Origin: Sporopachydermia quercuum
Taxonomy: Eukaryota
NCBI GenBank assembly: GCA_001599295.1
Contig: BCGN01000002.1
Span: 682,001 to 746,000, forward strand
Reading direction: 5' to 3'
DNA length: 64,000 nucleotides
The notes beneath the pieces were generated by a model. It was not told the origin of the DNA and searched no databases. It worked only from the letters and a program-made list of their open reading frames with translations. Made by a program: the position numbers and the translations under genes. Each line of letters starts with the position of its first letter. Positions within the stretch are counted from its first letter, which is position 1. Shown here piece by piece: positions 22,667-34,741 of the stretch.

Positions 22667-23413
22667 ATGCAAAGACTTATCATCTGTACTATCAGAGCTA
22701 ATTCTCGCATTAACGCTAAAAGAGTTGCAACTTTTGCTTCTCCTACGCAAAATTTCACAAGAAGTCCTGCTCCTATTGGATTAAGATTTTATTCGGAAGA
22801 AGCGAAGAAAGCTGATGAGAAAACAGAAGTATCATCAGAGGAGCCTTCTATTGAAACCATGCAAGAAGAATTAAACGAAGAGCAAAAGTTGCTAAACGAA
22901 CTGAAAGCTGTCAAAGAGCAATTGGACTTAAAGCATAAGGAAACAACTGAACTAAAAGATAAATACGTTAGAACTGTTGCTGATTTCAGGAATTTACAAG
23001 ACGTAACTAAACGTGAGATTGGAAAAGCTAAAGATTTTGCTCTAAGTAAGTTTGCCAAAGATTTACTCGGATCTATTGACAATTTTGAATTAGCTCTCAA
23101 GGCTATTGATCATGAAAAATTGAGCAGTGATAAGGATGAAGATGCCCTATCTAATAAGGAATTCTTGCAGTTATTTGAAGGTATCAAAATGACAAAGAAC
23201 ATATTTGAGAAGACTTTGGCTTCTCATGGAGTTGAAAAGATTCATCCTGACGATGGCGAGAAGTTTGATCCTAATATTCATGAAGCTACTTTTGAAGTCC
23301 CTCAGCCTGATAAAGAAGCTGGAACCGTTTTCTTTGTTCAGCAAACTGGTTATCAATTAAATAATCGTGTTTTGAGACCTGCTAAGGTTGGTGTTGTAAA
23401 GGATGTGAAATAA
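22667..23413 (+). CDS. MGE1: Mitochondrial GrpE nucleotide exchange factor
   Basis: Basic presequence; ADFRNLQ, KFAKDLL, FDPNIHEA, GYQLNNRVLRPAKVGV. Confidence 0.96.
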   Translation: MQRLIICTIRANSRINAKRVATFASPTQNFTRSPAPIGLRFYSEEAKKADEKTEVSSEEPSIETMQEELNEEQKLLNELKAVKEQLDLKHKETTELKDKYVRTVADFRNLQDVTKREIGKAKDFALSKFAKDLLGSIDNFELALKAIDHEKLSSDKDEDALSNKEFLQLFEGIKMTKNIFEKTLASHGVEKIHPDDGEKFDPNIHEATFEVPQPDKEAGTVFFVQQTGYQLNNRVLRPAKVGVVKDVK

Positions 23414-23789
23414 GATGTTGCAGGAGAAGAGATAGTGAAANGTGTTTGATTTGAGAAAGGAAAAAAAGGGCCTAATGGGTTTCAATCTTGTACATAATTA
23501 TAATTATATGATGAAATGAATAATGGCTTGTTTATTAATACAAGTAATGTATTATATGTGTATTAAATGTAGACGTTCAAACATTCACCCTATTCCGTAC
23601 CATGAAATTTTCATTATATTAACAATATAAATTATACTAATAAAAATACATTCCTTACACAATTTTAATCTATATATTCCATACCATTCGACATCATATC
23701 TTCAGTCTTCCGAGGGTTTTTTCTTCTGTATTTGTCCTTCCACAGATTTCTCTCGTTTCGTTACTATATACATTTTCCGTAACATTTTC

Positions 23790-25799
23790 CTATTCTCGCC
23801 TGTCCCTGGGACTTTCCGCATTGCCGGTAGCAACACTACTATTGTCATTGTTTCCGCTGCTTTTTTCTAATTTCTCCTCTCCGTCTTCAGCGCGGGACTC
23901 TACTACTGGGTAAATATACATTTCCAGATCTCCTAATTCATCTTCTCCGTCTTCTCTACCAGAAACATTCGTCGCACCAGGATGCCCATCAGGAAACATA
24001 TATTCATCATATCCACTAATGCTGGTATCCACCAAACCATCAGACTCCGGTAGATGATCATCCATTTCACCTATACTATTGGCAAGATCATTGTCAGCAT
24101 CAATATCGTTAATATCGACAGCGATATCGTAATTCAAATTTGCTATCACTGTTGGATGCACAATATGTCCCATTTCCTCTTCTTCTGCTGATTCAGTACT
24201 TCCTTGTCCTGGCTGGCTGTCATCGGTAACTTTCACACTACTCAAGCCTGCGCCTGCTGTTCTCTCTACATCATCCAGTAGATCTTTGTCCAGGACATCA
24301 ATACGCTCTATTTCGTATGACATAGCAGACACCGATCGTGGAATGGCAAGACACATTATAAGTTGATCCGTGAGATAAAGAAACCTGTTAACCGCTTTAT
24401 CAACCGTCGTTTGAAACTTATGTTGAATAGTCTTCGGGGTTCTCGTGCGAACTGGCTCTTGAAAATGTATATGTGGTGTCTTTGTCTCTTCGTGAGTATC
24501 AGGTGCCCTTGGATGATAGAATGAGCGATTCGAAGCGTCAGACATATGTCTGCTGGAATCAGTACGTTGATCTGACAATGGATCTCCTTCAGTTGATATG
24601 GTTACTTCGGATTTTTGCTTTGTCTTACCTTTCTTACTGTGTGAGGAATTGAACCCTTTACCATCTACAGTTCCTCCGCTCAATGCTCTGATATTTACTT
24701 CGTCTTCGTAAAAGGGTCGCCCAAGAATTCCTGCTCGTTGTTTCTGCCGTTCTAGATACTGGACCCTGTTGATCCATTCCCATACAATTACTACTGAGAT
24801 CACATAACAGCAAGAGTTAAATATTTCAGACAATTCAGCAATGAAAGCATCAGCAACATCACAGATAAAAAGTGCAACTTGGAGATTCACTGCTATGAAT
24901 GTAAATCCTGTCATAACGATTGTTGAGTTCTTAGTTTGAAACAAGAATGCTCGCTTGTCAAATCCGTAGATAGATATTAGTGCAGCATATAAAACGCATA
25001 TAGCAATTCTTAGAAGATATATGAAAGCTGGCAAAATAGAAAGTGCTGCTGGGTAATCTTCAAACCTGTCATTATACTTATATTGTAGAAACGTTGATAC
25101 TGCCCAGATGATTTGTGATATTATGGACAATGAACCCCCAATCCAGAATATCATTCTTTTCTCCTTCTGGCGAGGGAATATCCGCATGATGATTTGCACT
25201 TGAGAAAACTGTAGAAACAAAATTACGAAAAAATCTAAAACATTGAATGATAAAGATAGCCGTAGACGATCTACTAGTTCATTTGTCGAAAGGTAGCCAT
25301 GATCGCGTTGCGAGTTGACATTGTTAACCGAAAAGCCAAACAGAATAATTAGAGTGATTGATGTGAGCATTGCAGCTAGCTTCTGTAGCCAGGGACGCGG
25401 TCTTTCAGACGCAAAAATTGTTAGAGTAAGGATGAAAGATATGACTGTTGCTGCCGTTAAAGCATATATCACTGAAAACAAACTAGAGTTGAAAGTTTCC
25501 CCATAAAAATGGCTGTTTGAAACATAGTGAGACCATTCTGCAGTTAGATTTCCCAATACTGGGATTTCCGATACATTTGATGAAGATCGAAAGGAAGGTG
25601 AGTAGCCTTTATAGCAGTAAGGTTGATATGAAGCGTTCCCATTGCCAACAGGTACAACTGATTCTATTGGGTTTGCAATGACTATTAGACCTTGATTTAT
25701 TATAGGTGTTAAGAAACAGAATATTGACGATGTTTCGTTATCTATTTCTTCTGGATTTCTCCAGATGACTGCGTTACTATGTCTATTGAATAGATCCAT
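23790..25799 (-). CDS. RIM21: PalH/Rim21 multi-pass ambient pH sensor
   Basis: RPWLQKLAA, QVQIIMRIFPRQKEKR, WEWINRV...GILGR motifs; acidic C-tail; close to the MSB3-like gene as in S. cerevisiae. Confidence 0.85.
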   Translation of the reverse strand: MDLFNRHSNAVIWRNPEEIDNETSSIFCFLTPIINQGLIVIANPIESVVPVGNGNASYQPYCYKGYSPSFRSSSNVSEIPVLGNLTAEWSHYVSNSHFYGETFNSSLFSVIYALTAATVISFILTLTIFASERPRPWLQKLAAMLTSITLIILFGFSVNNVNSQRDHGYLSTNELVDRLRLSLSFNVLDFFVILFLQFSQVQIIMRIFPRQKEKRMIFWIGGSLSIISQIIWAVSTFLQYKYNDRFEDYPAALSILPAFIYLLRIAICVLYAALISIYGFDKRAFLFQTKNSTIVMTGFTFIAVNLQVALFICDVADAFIAELSEIFNSCCYVISVVIVWEWINRVQYLERQKQRAGILGRPFYEDEVNIRALSGGTVDGKGFNSSHSKKGKTKQKSEVTISTEGDPLSDQRTDSSRHMSDASNRSFYHPRAPDTHEETKTPHIHFQEPVRTRTPKTIQHKFQTTVDKAVNRFLYLTDQLIMCLAIPRSVSAMSYEIERIDVLDKDLLDDVERTAGAGLSSVKVTDDSQPGQGSTESAEEEEMGHIVHPTVIANLNYDIAVDINDIDADNDLANSIGEMDDHLPESDGLVDTSISGYDEYMFPDGHPGATNVSGREDGEDELGDLEMYIYPVVESRAEDGEEKLEKSSGNNDNSSVATGNAESPRDRRE

Positions 25800-26843
25800 C
25801 TAAAATGTTTATATCATTGTCGATGGCTTTGATATATTCTATTAATTACTGATTCGTATTCCCAGGAATGTGATAATAGAGGATAAGGTACCGTCTGATA
25901 CTATGATGTTGGATTCATATAAGCTGTGAATAACTTTATAATGTTTTCTTTTTGGCCACCAGGTTCAAGGTGGGAATATATAAGAAATTTTACTCCGTTT
26001 CTCCTTTGAATATATAAAGAGCCTCAAATTATTTTCCTCCTTAATTAGCAACCAGAAATAATAACAGTTGATATTCTTATTGCTTACAAAGAAAAGAGCA
26101 GAACAATAAATTTGTTTGCAAATAATCTCCACAATAATTAACGCATAATTTCCGATTTTTTACACTATAATATAGTCTGTGTAGAGATCTACGATGCTGA
26201 TAGAATTGGGTGATAAAGACATATTATATATAAAAGATATAAAAGATTCCTTAGAGATGAAATAAACTAGCCTATAATTATAGGCATGTTAATATTTATT
26301 CATCATATTTATTCTAGCTAATCCGCTCTTGTTACATGAATGATTTGATCAATAATTGTATGTATGTTGATGAAAATCAGCATAAACAATACATATTCTT
26401 AAGAAAAAAAAATCCACAAAAGTAAATAATCTAATGTAAAATGGCTACATAAGCAAATTCTGGCAATAATCATTGTAACAAAAATAATGAGCATAAACTG
26501 AAAGCAAAAATAGGCAATGAGCTAATGCAATATTGTTCTTGTTTCTCCCACATTTTCAGGTGATGTTTATCAAAATTTCATTGTCATATGGTTATGACAA
26601 GGCTTATCGTTACGCCTCATCACGTTTGAAAGTTTGAAAGAGGTAATTTGCCATCAGATTCTTTTTATCAATCGGTAGTACTAGTTTATATTTTGTTTTT
26701 TTGCAAATTGTTGTTATTATATAAATTGTTAACAATTCAATTATAAAATAAACCTAAACAAGCAAACAATATTCAGCCCTTAGAGCCGGATTCAATTGAC
26801 TACTTATTAGATAATCTACAGGAGGAATACAGAAAACAGTAAA

Positions 26844-27545
26844 ATGACTATACCGGAAAGTGCAATTGTTGGTACCACAGGACTTGTGGGAGCTTTCTTT
26901 TTGAAGCATCTTTTGCCTATCAGTAGTGTCACTACAATTTCTAGAAGAGATCCTACAACTGTTTTGAAACTCGATACAGAAGCAACATCAAACCTGACAT
27001 CAATAGTTGAAAGTGATAGCAGCAAATGGGCAGATTTACTACCAAAACCAACCAAAGAAACATCTGTTTTATTTTCAGGATTGGGTACTACTAGAGGTGA
27101 AGCCGGAGGAATTGACAAGCAACGTCTTATTGATTTAGATCTCAATTTCGCAATTGCTAAAGCTGCGAAAGAAAAGGGATATAACGGATATGTTTTAGTC
27201 TCTTCAGGAGGATCCAACAGTAAATCTGTTTTTCCTTACTTCAAAATGAAAGGTGAATTGGAAGACAAGGTAAAAGAGTTGGGATTTGATTATTTGGTGA
27301 TTCTACAACCTGGAGTTTTACTTGGAGATAGAAACAAAGATAAGGGATTTCTCAATAACATAACTGCTAAAGCAGGCTTGTCATTAAGAGGTACTTTCAT
27401 TGGAAAGCATTTGATGTCTCCTATTCTTGGAGATGATGTTGCAAAGATTGGTATAAAGGTAGTTGAAAAATTGATCGAAAAGAAGGAAAAAACAGTCAAA
27501 GTTGTTACATCCAAGGAAATGTTCGAGCTAGCAAAATCGTTGTAG
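26844..27545 (+). CDS. FMP52: Fmp52/TIP30-like NAD(P)-binding protein
   Basis: IVGTTGLVG Rossmann motif, SGLGTTRGEAGG, IDLDLN, YFKMKGELE, ILQPGVLLGDR. Confidence 0.9.
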   Translation: MTIPESAIVGTTGLVGAFFLKHLLPISSVTTISRRDPTTVLKLDTEATSNLTSIVESDSSKWADLLPKPTKETSVLFSGLGTTRGEAGGIDKQRLIDLDLNFAIAKAAKEKGYNGYVLVSSGGSNSKSVFPYFKMKGELEDKVKELGFDYLVILQPGVLLGDRNKDKGFLNNITAKAGLSLRGTFIGKHLMSPILGDDVAKIGIKVVEKLIEKKEKTVKVVTSKEMFELAKSL

Positions 27546-29925
27546 TTGGCAGGACGATCTCTCATTGCACAATGAACCTATCACTTTTATTGTTTTACCT
27601 GTATAAATCAATTGTTAATTATAGCAAGTTCAGCGTAATCAATTCGATAATCTGTTTGATTTTTTTCTTTCTGATTTAATAAATATATCTTAGTTTTGTG
27701 AATATGTGGATTTAACTCTTTAATCTGGAAGTAATACATATAATATTAACGAATGAGTTACGACCAAGGTTACCAGTAAACTCCTGAGCCATAAGCAAGG
27801 ACTTTATTTATTTATTCATACATCTTTCTGTTTCATTCCCCTTGTTACTTTCATTCTTACGTTCGTCCTTTCCTTTGTTCTTGCTTTCGTTCTTGCGTTC
27901 TTTCTCTTCCATCAAAAGGAATTCGGCTCAATGAAATGATTATCATCAAATTATCCCATCTGTTTCATCATTCCAATTACAGTTGGAATTTCGAGTCATA
28001 AGCAGTCAACCCTGAGCCAGACAACCTAATCTATTAAATAGTATAATATAGTTAGAATTGTTTCATTTAAGGAAACTCATTGATACAACTATCTTGAGAG
28101 ATGAAATCTTTGATTAATGATAGTATATCAAACAATTTAGGTATTTAGTTTTCGAAGAGGAATAAAAATGTTTAATGAAATATTGAAGCTTTTCTTCCTT
28201 TCCAAGGTTTGTGCATGGAAGCTATCTTATGGGGCAAATCCGATGAGAAAATGTGGATGTTGTTATTTGAGTTATGATAATATCTTTCCATGTTTCGGAC
28301 AATCAAACGACTTTCCCTCATCTGGGAAGGCAATTTAAAGGAAAAAGGAAAAAAAGGAATGTAATAATTTTAATAAATTGATGAGGTCAAATTGCAATTG
28401 AAACTATACTGAATCAGATGAGTATTTGATTATCAAGCAAGTGTAAGTACCTAAAATGAATACCAAAAAANCAGGAAGATGAAATACAAAAAGAAAAGAA
28501 GAAGTATATACCATACAAGCTATTCGTGGTGGATCTAGGGTAGAGTAATTAATTTATTCATCAAACTATACGCGCGCATATTAACTAGTTATTGTCGCGT
28601 TATAGTTCTATAATTGACATACGCAAGACTTAATTTTTACCAGAGAATGAAACGAATTAGTGATCTCTAAGATCAATTGTCCCGCTGTACGTTCCAATAC
28701 AAACTGGTTTAATTCTGAAATTCTCCCAGTTTGAGACAGAGAACATCAATGTGATTGAAAAATAGTATACTTTGTAATATCACATAATATATTTCAAAAC
28801 GACAAGGTTATTAATATCAAACATGACTCTTCAGGGGTCCTGTCAATATTATGATCACCTTTCGTTTTCCCCCAAAACAAGCTCATTACCTATCATCTTC
28901 ACACCTTAGCATGTAAAAAGAAAACTAGGAACAGAATGTCATTATTATTTTCTATTTCTGGTTTGGCCACCAATGGTGCTTCTAGTTCACACGCATTGTA
29001 AGTAATTTCTTGAATTGATAGATTAAGTTAATTAATTCATCACCTAGCTTCCCTTTGCNATTTTACGATCCATAGAGTCCTACTTTGACCATTCATAGTG
29101 AATTTGGTATGTATTCTTTCTCACAACAAACCCACCAATAGCACTTTACAAATCTAGATTGCTCTTGCTCTGTACTTAACTTTCCTTTTGGGCCTCAACT
29201 AGATAAGCTTTCCTAAGAAAAAAGAAGGTTCTTCTCCGTTTACCAACTTCTATTGTCCGCTTGACTTGCACTTATACTTATCAAATTTTTCATTCCAAAT
29301 TTTTTTTTTGTTCCAGTGAGCTTTCCTCAAAAAAATCGGCATAAAATATCTAATAGAGAGAGTTCTTTTAGTTGCTTCCTAATAGTATATCCTAGTTCAA
29401 TTTTCAATGCATGGAGAAGCAATCACAATCTTAACGATTCATCAGGTCGACATCAGATCTCGTTTTGTACTTGGTTTTTAGAGAGTTTATTTAAGGTTTG
29501 TGGTTTCTAACTTAAATAAATTAACAGGAAACATTAAATCTAAAAAGAAGTGAGGGAAATGCTGGTTAAGCACAGAAGGATAAGGACATACTTACATAGT
29601 TCAACTCAACGCAGAAGAAAATTGGTAACTTAGTGATCCATAAACGTACATAGATCACATTTGAAAGTTAAGTGATTCAGAGAGGAAAAGGCGAGTGTAT
29701 GTTGTATATTAAAGAGAAGAAGATANGAACGAAAGTGGTCTAGGTGTTTTGATTTAGATTGGAATTAGACAACTATTTTTATTGACCCTGAACACAAACG
29801 AAGTAGAAAAAATACACAAACCGCCCAGTTCTAGTCTATTTTGTACTGGAAAAGAAAACAATCAGAGAAATGGATGACGTTCACGTGTTGATGTGTATTA
29901 TAAAACTGTAAACAACCAAATAGCA

Positions 29926-31833
29926 ATGATAGAAGAAGCTTCTGGTGCCAACAGGGATGAAGACCATCGACTATCGGAAGGTAGTAGAATATCGTCGGAT
30001 AATGATTTACCTGATTCAAGTAGTAAAACCCAACCTGACGAGGATTTCACCTTTGATTTCACGAATGTGAAGAAAGCTAGAAAGCCAACAGAAACCAACA
30101 TCAAGGTGATCCATAACGGGGACAAAGAATCACTCAATGCAAATCAAACAAGTTATGGATCTTACGAATTACGAGAAGCGCCCAAAGTGATAGAACTAAA
30201 ACCAGCTTCAAGCAGAAATCCAAATCATTCGCAGTCTTTAGATATATCCACAAGGCTATCTACAAGTTTGAGTCTCATTAATGTTTATGCAGAGGCATCT
30301 GAGTCAGAGCAAGAAGACAGCGACCAAGACCACGCAGTTGGCACTAATTTGAACTCAAGAACTGACCAAACATTCAGTTTTGCTAACTCAGGTGCCCCAA
30401 GTGGTAATGGAAATCCCGATGCAACAATGACTGAAACAGTTCCTTCATCAACAAATGAGTTGAGCTCAGTGGATGGTAATTATGCTATATTAAATCCTGA
30501 TGCAGCAATACTACCTCAAACTTCAAAGATTGCCAAATTGAATCTAACATTAGAGAACCTTCCCAAGTCATTATGTACAGACACCATGCTAAAGTCTCCG
30601 GGAAGAGATAGATATGGATTTAGGAAAAAGACAGCCCTGGTCAGCGAGCAAACCTACAACAAATGGTGGACAACTTATGTGTCCCATGCTCAAAGAAGGA
30701 AAAAGAAATGGGTTCGATTGATGCAGAGATATGGTCTTCCAGACAAAGATCCTATAAGGTTTCCACCAAAATCAGAGAAACTGAAAAGATATGTTAGAAA
30801 AGGAATTCCAGCTGAATGGAGAGGAATGGCATGGTTCTGGTTTGCTCATGGTTATGAAAAATTGAATGCCAACATTGGTGTCTATGAGGGTATTTGTAGT
30901 AATCCAAGCAAGATAAAGCCTTTGGACATCGAGTTGATAGAAAAAGATCTTAACAGAACATTTCCTGACAACATATTTTTTCGTGAAGAATTAGACAATG
31001 ATGATAACACTGAAACTGCAATGATCACGTCATTACGGAGGGTTCTGCAAGCGTTTTCAGTATATAAACCTAGTATAGGATACTGTCAATCACTCAACTT
31101 TATAGCAGGTTTATTACTATTATTCCTTGATGAAGAAAAAGCGTTTTGGATGCTAGTTATTATAACTGAAAAATACCTACCTGGTGTTCACGATATGGAT
31201 TTAGAAGGTGTAAACATTGACCAAGGTGTTTTGATGTTGTGCCTTCGAGATATGCTCCCACAGACTTGGAACATCATAAATAGAACTGAAGATTTTGATC
31301 CTAAGTCAAAAGTATCACAAGAAACGTCAAATGAAGATTTCCTGCTGAAACTTCCTCCTTTAATGCTGTGCACAGCTTCGTGGTTCATGAGTGCGTACAT
31401 TGGGGTGCTTCCTATAGAAACAGTATTACGAATTTGGGATGTGTTTTTCTACGAAGGTTCCAAAACAATTTTTAGAGTAGCAGTTACACTTTTCACCCAA
31501 CTGGCACCACAAATGCAATCAATGAACGAACTTATGGAGTCATTTCAACTGATACAGAATTACCCCAAAACTATTATAGATGTGAACGAGTTCTTCTACG
31601 ACTGTTTTTTCCGAACTCGGTCATTCAGACGACGTAAAGGTTGGGACAATATATCTCAAGAACAAATAGATAGATGCCGCAAGTATGTACAAGATAAGAG
31701 AAAAGCGTACCGGAAAGGAAATCCTTTACCTTCTGTTCAATCTTCGTTCACTTTAAGTGGATTGAACGACACTCAGAACCGGTTGCCTCGTTTAGTAACC
31801 CTTAGAAAGCGAGGAAAAGTGAACATTCATTAA
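29926..31833 (+). CDS. MSB3: TBC-domain Rab GTPase-activating protein, Msb3/Msb4 (Gyp3/4) type
   Basis: RDRYGF, FPPKSEKLKRYVRKGIPAEWRG, IEKDLNRTFP, GYCQSLNF; first in-frame ATG at 29926 (true start uncertain). Confidence 0.88.
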   Translation: MIEEASGANRDEDHRLSEGSRISSDNDLPDSSSKTQPDEDFTFDFTNVKKARKPTETNIKVIHNGDKESLNANQTSYGSYELREAPKVIELKPASSRNPNHSQSLDISTRLSTSLSLINVYAEASESEQEDSDQDHAVGTNLNSRTDQTFSFANSGAPSGNGNPDATMTETVPSSTNELSSVDGNYAILNPDAAILPQTSKIAKLNLTLENLPKSLCTDTMLKSPGRDRYGFRKKTALVSEQTYNKWWTTYVSHAQRRKKKWVRLMQRYGLPDKDPIRFPPKSEKLKRYVRKGIPAEWRGMAWFWFAHGYEKLNANIGVYEGICSNPSKIKPLDIELIEKDLNRTFPDNIFFREELDNDDNTETAMITSLRRVLQAFSVYKPSIGYCQSLNFIAGLLLLFLDEEKAFWMLVIITEKYLPGVHDMDLEGVNIDQGVLMLCLRDMLPQTWNIINRTEDFDPKSKVSQETSNEDFLLKLPPLMLCTASWFMSAYIGVLPIETVLRIWDVFFYEGSKTIFRVAVTLFTQLAPQMQSMNELMESFQLIQNYPKTIIDVNEFFYDCFFRTRSFRRRKGWDNISQEQIDRCRKYVQDKRKAYRKGNPLPSVQSSFTLSGLNDTQNRLPRLVTLRKRGKVNIH

Positions 31834-32061
31834 ACAAGAGTCAATATTTTGATTCAACTCTACCAAGGAAGCATTCGACCAATGTTTATTACTTCATTAT
31901 ACTTTTATATCAAGAGATCTGAACTGTTTTTAGCTGTCAGTCAGAAAACTCGAGCGTGTAATATAGGTTCGTTTACTACGCTGTAGCCGAATAAATCTAA
32001 AACATTTCTTCCATTTACATTTGCTAAATTTGTAACACTAATTCATTGCTAGCATTTCCGC

Positions 32062-32760
32062 TCAATTTTTTGTAGCGTGGATATCTTTCAGATACTGTAA
32101 GACCCGCGATCCATCTGGTTCTCCCAATTCTTGTTGTAAAGCAACACTAATTTTGTCCCACACACTGGGTGTCAATAACTCTTCTATAGGTTTCTCAACA
32201 GATTCTTCTTCAGTGGGACTCGTTTCCACTGCTTCCTGTTCAGAAGATCCCGATTTAGCTTTTGAATTATCATGGAACATTAAAATGAACGAAACCTCTT
32301 TTATATCCCTCTCTGGAACTTGAGTCTTCTTACTTATCTCACTCACAACATCCCTTACCGTTTTTACATCAGTAAACACTTTTCCTTTCACCAGAAGTTT
32401 CATGTCATCCACACTTCGACCAACTTGTTGAACGAGCCTAGATTTCACCAACCTGATAGTATCATTTAAAGGAACTGTTAAGGTAGTTGAAAACTTAGGT
32501 TTCAGTGCTTTAATAGCTATTGAAACCTCTCCATTGGCAACAGCAGTCTTCTGTTTCTTTGCATTTGGAAATTTCGATAGGAAAAACTGCAAATGAGAGG
32601 AAACTAGTTAGTAATCAGCTCTCTAAATAAAATACAGTAAATTCTCATTTCAAGATGAACGTACTTGAGGGGCTGATGGTTCTGGTAATGGTTGATCAGG
32701 TAAAGTGCCCAGAAGTGACACAATGGCTTTGGCAAATGATGCCTCTTGAATGCTAGTCAT
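32062..32760 (-). CDS. MDY2: Get5/Mdy2 ubiquitin-like protein of the GET pathway; exons 32760-32665 and 32586-32062
   Basis: UBL domain (PKFS...DTIRLVK...KLLVKGKV) and C-terminal VWDKI motif; intron GTACGT...TACTAAC...TTTGCAG in frame; lies between MSB-type and SHR5-type genes as in S. cerevisiae. Confidence 0.82.
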
Positions 32761-33594
32761 TTTATTAGTCTTCTTCTCACTGTAACTAGATAGTAGTAAA
32801 CAGTACTCTCCGTGGTCTACTGATTTCTTCCATAAATGCTTTGAACGATGGCATTAGAGTGAAAGCCATATATGAAGATAAACATACTTTTCTTTGAAGG
32901 TCAAGAAAAGAAGCTAATGAATGATTGAGCTGAAGGTTTGTTCCGGAAAACATAAATAAGGTTCGCAGAATGTATGCAGAATTTATGTATTAACATGCAA
33001 ATCTGAGCTAATGAGAAAAAAAATCTATTACTGACGTTCAAAGTGTTAGAATATAATGATGAATTTATTGAGTAAACTGGGAAATTGAATATAGATCAGA
33101 ATGGTTTATTGAGTTTTACTACAAACTAGAGAAATATTGATTTTCCCATATTTAACGAATTATTAAACATTTTGTACTACTGTTGTCATATGTAAGTATA
33201 ATATTTCATGCATAGCGTACTGCAATGATCTCATCTCTTGCAGATAATTTACCACATGAAAGCACAACCCCCAAACATCAACCTCATCACTTTATATCAC
33301 ATCATTAATAACAGGAGCTTCTTATTACATTAACATAATTATTTATTGTTTGTCGTTAGCAGTAGTTAGCGACTGTTACTACTACTCTCAAATAAAACCT
33401 TAGGTTACTTGGCTAAGTAGCGTTTTACCAAAACTTTGTTGGTGGAATAGCATTGTGAACTTGCTTTGAATTGACTGGCAGCTGATCCTCGATAAGCAAA
33501 GAACAGACCTTTGAATTATGATGATATGAAGTGTGATCATACCTTGCTTAAATAGCTGACTAATAACAGAAATTTGCTTATATAAATCAGTATC

Positions 33595-34455
33595 ATGAGC
33601 CATGAGGAAAAACTAGAAGCCAGCTTGCCACCACCTTTGTTTTTCGACTATCACGAATTCACTATTCATGATTATGAGGCTTTAGAGGGAGAAGTAGGTA
33701 AACCGTTGATAATAACTCATTTCCCTAATGTGTATGTGCAGGAAGATAGCTTAGAATATGAAAATACGAGGATTGTACGGATTTGTCGTGAATATTCAAA
33801 AACACCTTATTATATACCCCAGTTTTCGACATATCTACCAGGATTCGAGCCAGGAGCAGTGAATGATGATGGCATTGTTCTAGTGAATGGCTTTCAACCT
33901 AATAGTATTTTTATACCAAGAGGAATTTATGAGGGACAATTATTTGGCTATTCTAGTGTATCACCGCTTAGTAACTATCTCAATCCTGAAGAGTTTGATA
34001 AGCTGATAGGAGGCATTAATGAATTGTTGAAGGAAGCAATGAATATAACAACAGCAAGCAACATACTGTCAAGTGTTATAGGATTTTTCACTGTTTGGAC
34101 AACAGACTTCATTTTCGATAAAAGTGGTAAGAAAGTAAGTGATGTTTGCTGTGCAATGTGCTACTCTTCAAGATTGAAGTGTCGTGATTTAGATTGCTAT
34201 TTGTTTACCTAACCACTTTATGTTATTAAGGGGTTGTATCGTTTAGAGGAACAGATTCAATATTTGAACAGTACTGCTCTAAAATCTAAAGGAATTGAGA
34301 TTATTTCTCCTAGAAGATCCGGATATTTGTCCGTAAGTTAAGAGCTTATCACTGTATGTTTGCTTTTATTATCATGACTAACAATGATGGTATAGCTGGA
34401 CATTCAAATTCCCAAGCCCACAACTGTTTTGAAGCAAGAAACTTCCACAAGTTGA
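33595..34455 (+). CDS. SHR5: Erf4/Shr5 Ras palmitoyltransferase subunit; exons 33595-34134, 34231-34332, 34396-34455
   Basis: THFPNVYV, TRIVRI, PQFS; splicing restores the C-terminal ISPRRSGYLS|LDIQIPKP typical of Erf4. Confidence 0.88.
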
Positions 34456-34741
34456 ACTCAATAGTATATAGAAGATTCATGCAATAGTGATATACTAAAA
34501 GGTCAAATTGGATTCATTATGAGAGTAAAATGAAGAATATATGATCATTGTCAGGAATGGACTGATCCTGCAAAACTTGTGAGGTTGAAACAGCGATATG
34601 ATAGAATATACGTTGGAGAATAACATCAGAATTGTAATCAGAACGCAAGGCATAGTAATACTCCCTCTTTTTAATTTTTTTTTTTAGTTTTTCTTTTTGA
34701 AACCTGCGTGATCTCAGTTATANCACTTAAATGAATCCATA

